In this document: in pieces, positions 62,375-64,000 of the stretch
Layout: each line of letters starts with the position of its first letter
Numbering within the stretch: the first letter of the stretch is position 1
Source: Trichoplax adhaerens
Lineage: Eukaryota; Animalia; Placozoa
Direction: 5' to 3'
NCBI RefSeq assembly: GCF_000150275.1
Contig: NW_002060946.1
Span: 3,429,454 to 3,493,453 of the forward strand
Length of the DNA stretch: 64,000 nt
Program-made: the position numbers and the translations under genes
The notes under the pieces: generated by a model
Database searches by the model: none
The model's input: only the letters and a program-made list of their open reading frames with translations
What the model was told of the DNA's origin: nothing

Positions 62375-64000
62375 ATGGATACGGAAGATCTCAGTGATAA
62401 CGAATATGAATCCTACTATAACGCAGGCGATTTTCAGGTACTGATGACATTGCCAACCATTTTAATTCAAGTTCTTAGCATACTTTCATTGCCTAGAATA
62501 ACAATGATTCCATTTATACGCTATGGTACTTGTTGATCATGGATCATTTTACTCATGTATCATGTCAATGAACGTGATTGTACAGGAAGAACAACCAGAT
62601 AATGACCACAATGCCGACGATGAAGACACCATGACTGTTATTGAGGAATGCAAACGTAAATTCTCCAATGACGACTCTGTTATGGAATCGGATCTTATTG
62701 TACATATTCGAAAGTTAGTAATCTCCCCTTGAGCAATATTATTTTCATTTTTTTGCTCACATTGGCTATCAACCGCTGCAGTATAAACGAGTAGTCAACT
62801 ACTGAACTCTGCAATAGGCATTGCTATACACTGGACTCTTAGTTTGCAGATTGCAGCAGACATGCACAATTAATGCAATACCGTCCAAATTGTTCACTTC
62901 CTCCGTCTTCTTAGGCTTAAATCACTTCTCTTTATTGTAACACATCTAGGCAGAATTGATTGCATGACAAATATTTTGCTGTTAGCGATTCCTATAAATA
63001 ACTAAATAGAAAGAAAATTGAAAAACTTCTGTTGATCGATTCAAGTGCTTACTGCTTCCAAGTAAAACACACCGACTACTTTTCTAATAGTCTTTAGCTG
63101 ACATAACTCTTTGTCCTGACAACTATGCACAATTCTACATGATTTACTAACGTGTATAGTGCCAATTATCACCTAGCATAGCGTTGTTAATTATACAGTT
63201 ATGTGTGTCTATAACTTGGATTGCAAGTCATTCCTCATTCTTTGATGGAAATGATCAGTACAACTTAACAACTGTATTTATGTTATTGCTTCCATACTCA
63301 CTATTAACTTACCTTTTTTTTGTATAATGAATTATAATCAAGATATATTAAAGCTGGCGGAACACCTGAAGAACTGGTGCAGTTATTATCTGATCACTAC
63401 ATTGGTGAAGGAGAAGTTGCCAATGCTTACATCAAATGGCTGCAGGATTTAGGTAACAAATAGCGCTAATTGCTGTATCTAACTGTCAACGCGAGCTGGT
63501 TTATGCTAGATGATAGACTGTACTATTGTACGCGAAATATAAGTGTATTGATAGGACTAAATCTACCTAATTACCTACTTGAATATACAGTATTATGCAC
63601 TGTTGCTCCTACTACTGCATGTCTACTATCGCTGCAAGTTAAAGCATTTTAACTTTCTGATTGTTGTATTTCTGAAAGATACGTGATGCAATCTTTAAAT
63701 TTATTCTGTATATAAGTTCTGTAATATTCAGTTACTGAAAAATCTGTGGGTATTGCAGATCCATATGATATGGTTTTACAATAATAATTTATTGAGGAAT
63801 TGGTTAACTCATACTATCTCTATAAACTTCAAGTTATCTCATATATTGTAGTCTTATATTATGTTATTTTAATATTAATATCAAATTACTCTCATAACTG
63901 AAGGAGTCAAAGACGAAACTATAAATCGGACCTGCGTGGAGCATTTGCGAGAGGTGGTAATAAGTAAATTTGATCCTGCTAAAGCAGATTCTCTTTTTAT
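62375..64000 (+). CDS. NELFCD: Negative elongation factor C/D (TH1-like), 5' part; continues beyond the window
   Basis: Exons ~62375-62437, 62586-62714, 63343-63452, 63904-64000: acidic N-terminus, ECKRKFSNDDSVMES, YIKAGGTPEELVQLLSDHY, EHLREVVISKFDPAKADSLF, matching the NELF-C/D N-terminus. Confidence 0.9.

Overview
AT-rich, intron-dense animal genomic DNA with eight multi-exon genes and no prokaryotic features. Short introns, close gene spacing and abundant ACAGT/ACTGT pentamer repeats suggest a placozoan (Trichoplax-like); this is an inference, not a database match. Gene order: ESRP(+, 5' end not seen), TMEM67/meckelin(-), alpha/beta-type syntrophin(-), IMPACT(+), DDX1(-), EXOC2/Sec5(+), FCSK/fucokinase(-), NELFCD/TH1L(+, runs off the 3' end). 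Exons were joined by hand, so internal boundaries may be off by a few nt. Best observations: (1) two GT-AG U12-type intron candidates, in TMEM67 and EXOC2; (2) a 53-bp foldback element with 20-bp perfect TIRs and a 9-bp flanking duplication (Mutator-like); (3) all three head-to-head intergenic regions combine ACAGT arrays with local tandem duplications, including a nested repeat array between FCSK and NELFCD; (4) an ESRP whose qRRM1 and qRRM2 have lost G-tract-binding residues; (5) an RFX X-box candidate upstream of TMEM67; (6) gene linkage resembling human 8q22/16q22/20q. No CRISPR, rRNA, tRNA or transposase was seen, and no wholly new system can be established from sequence alone.
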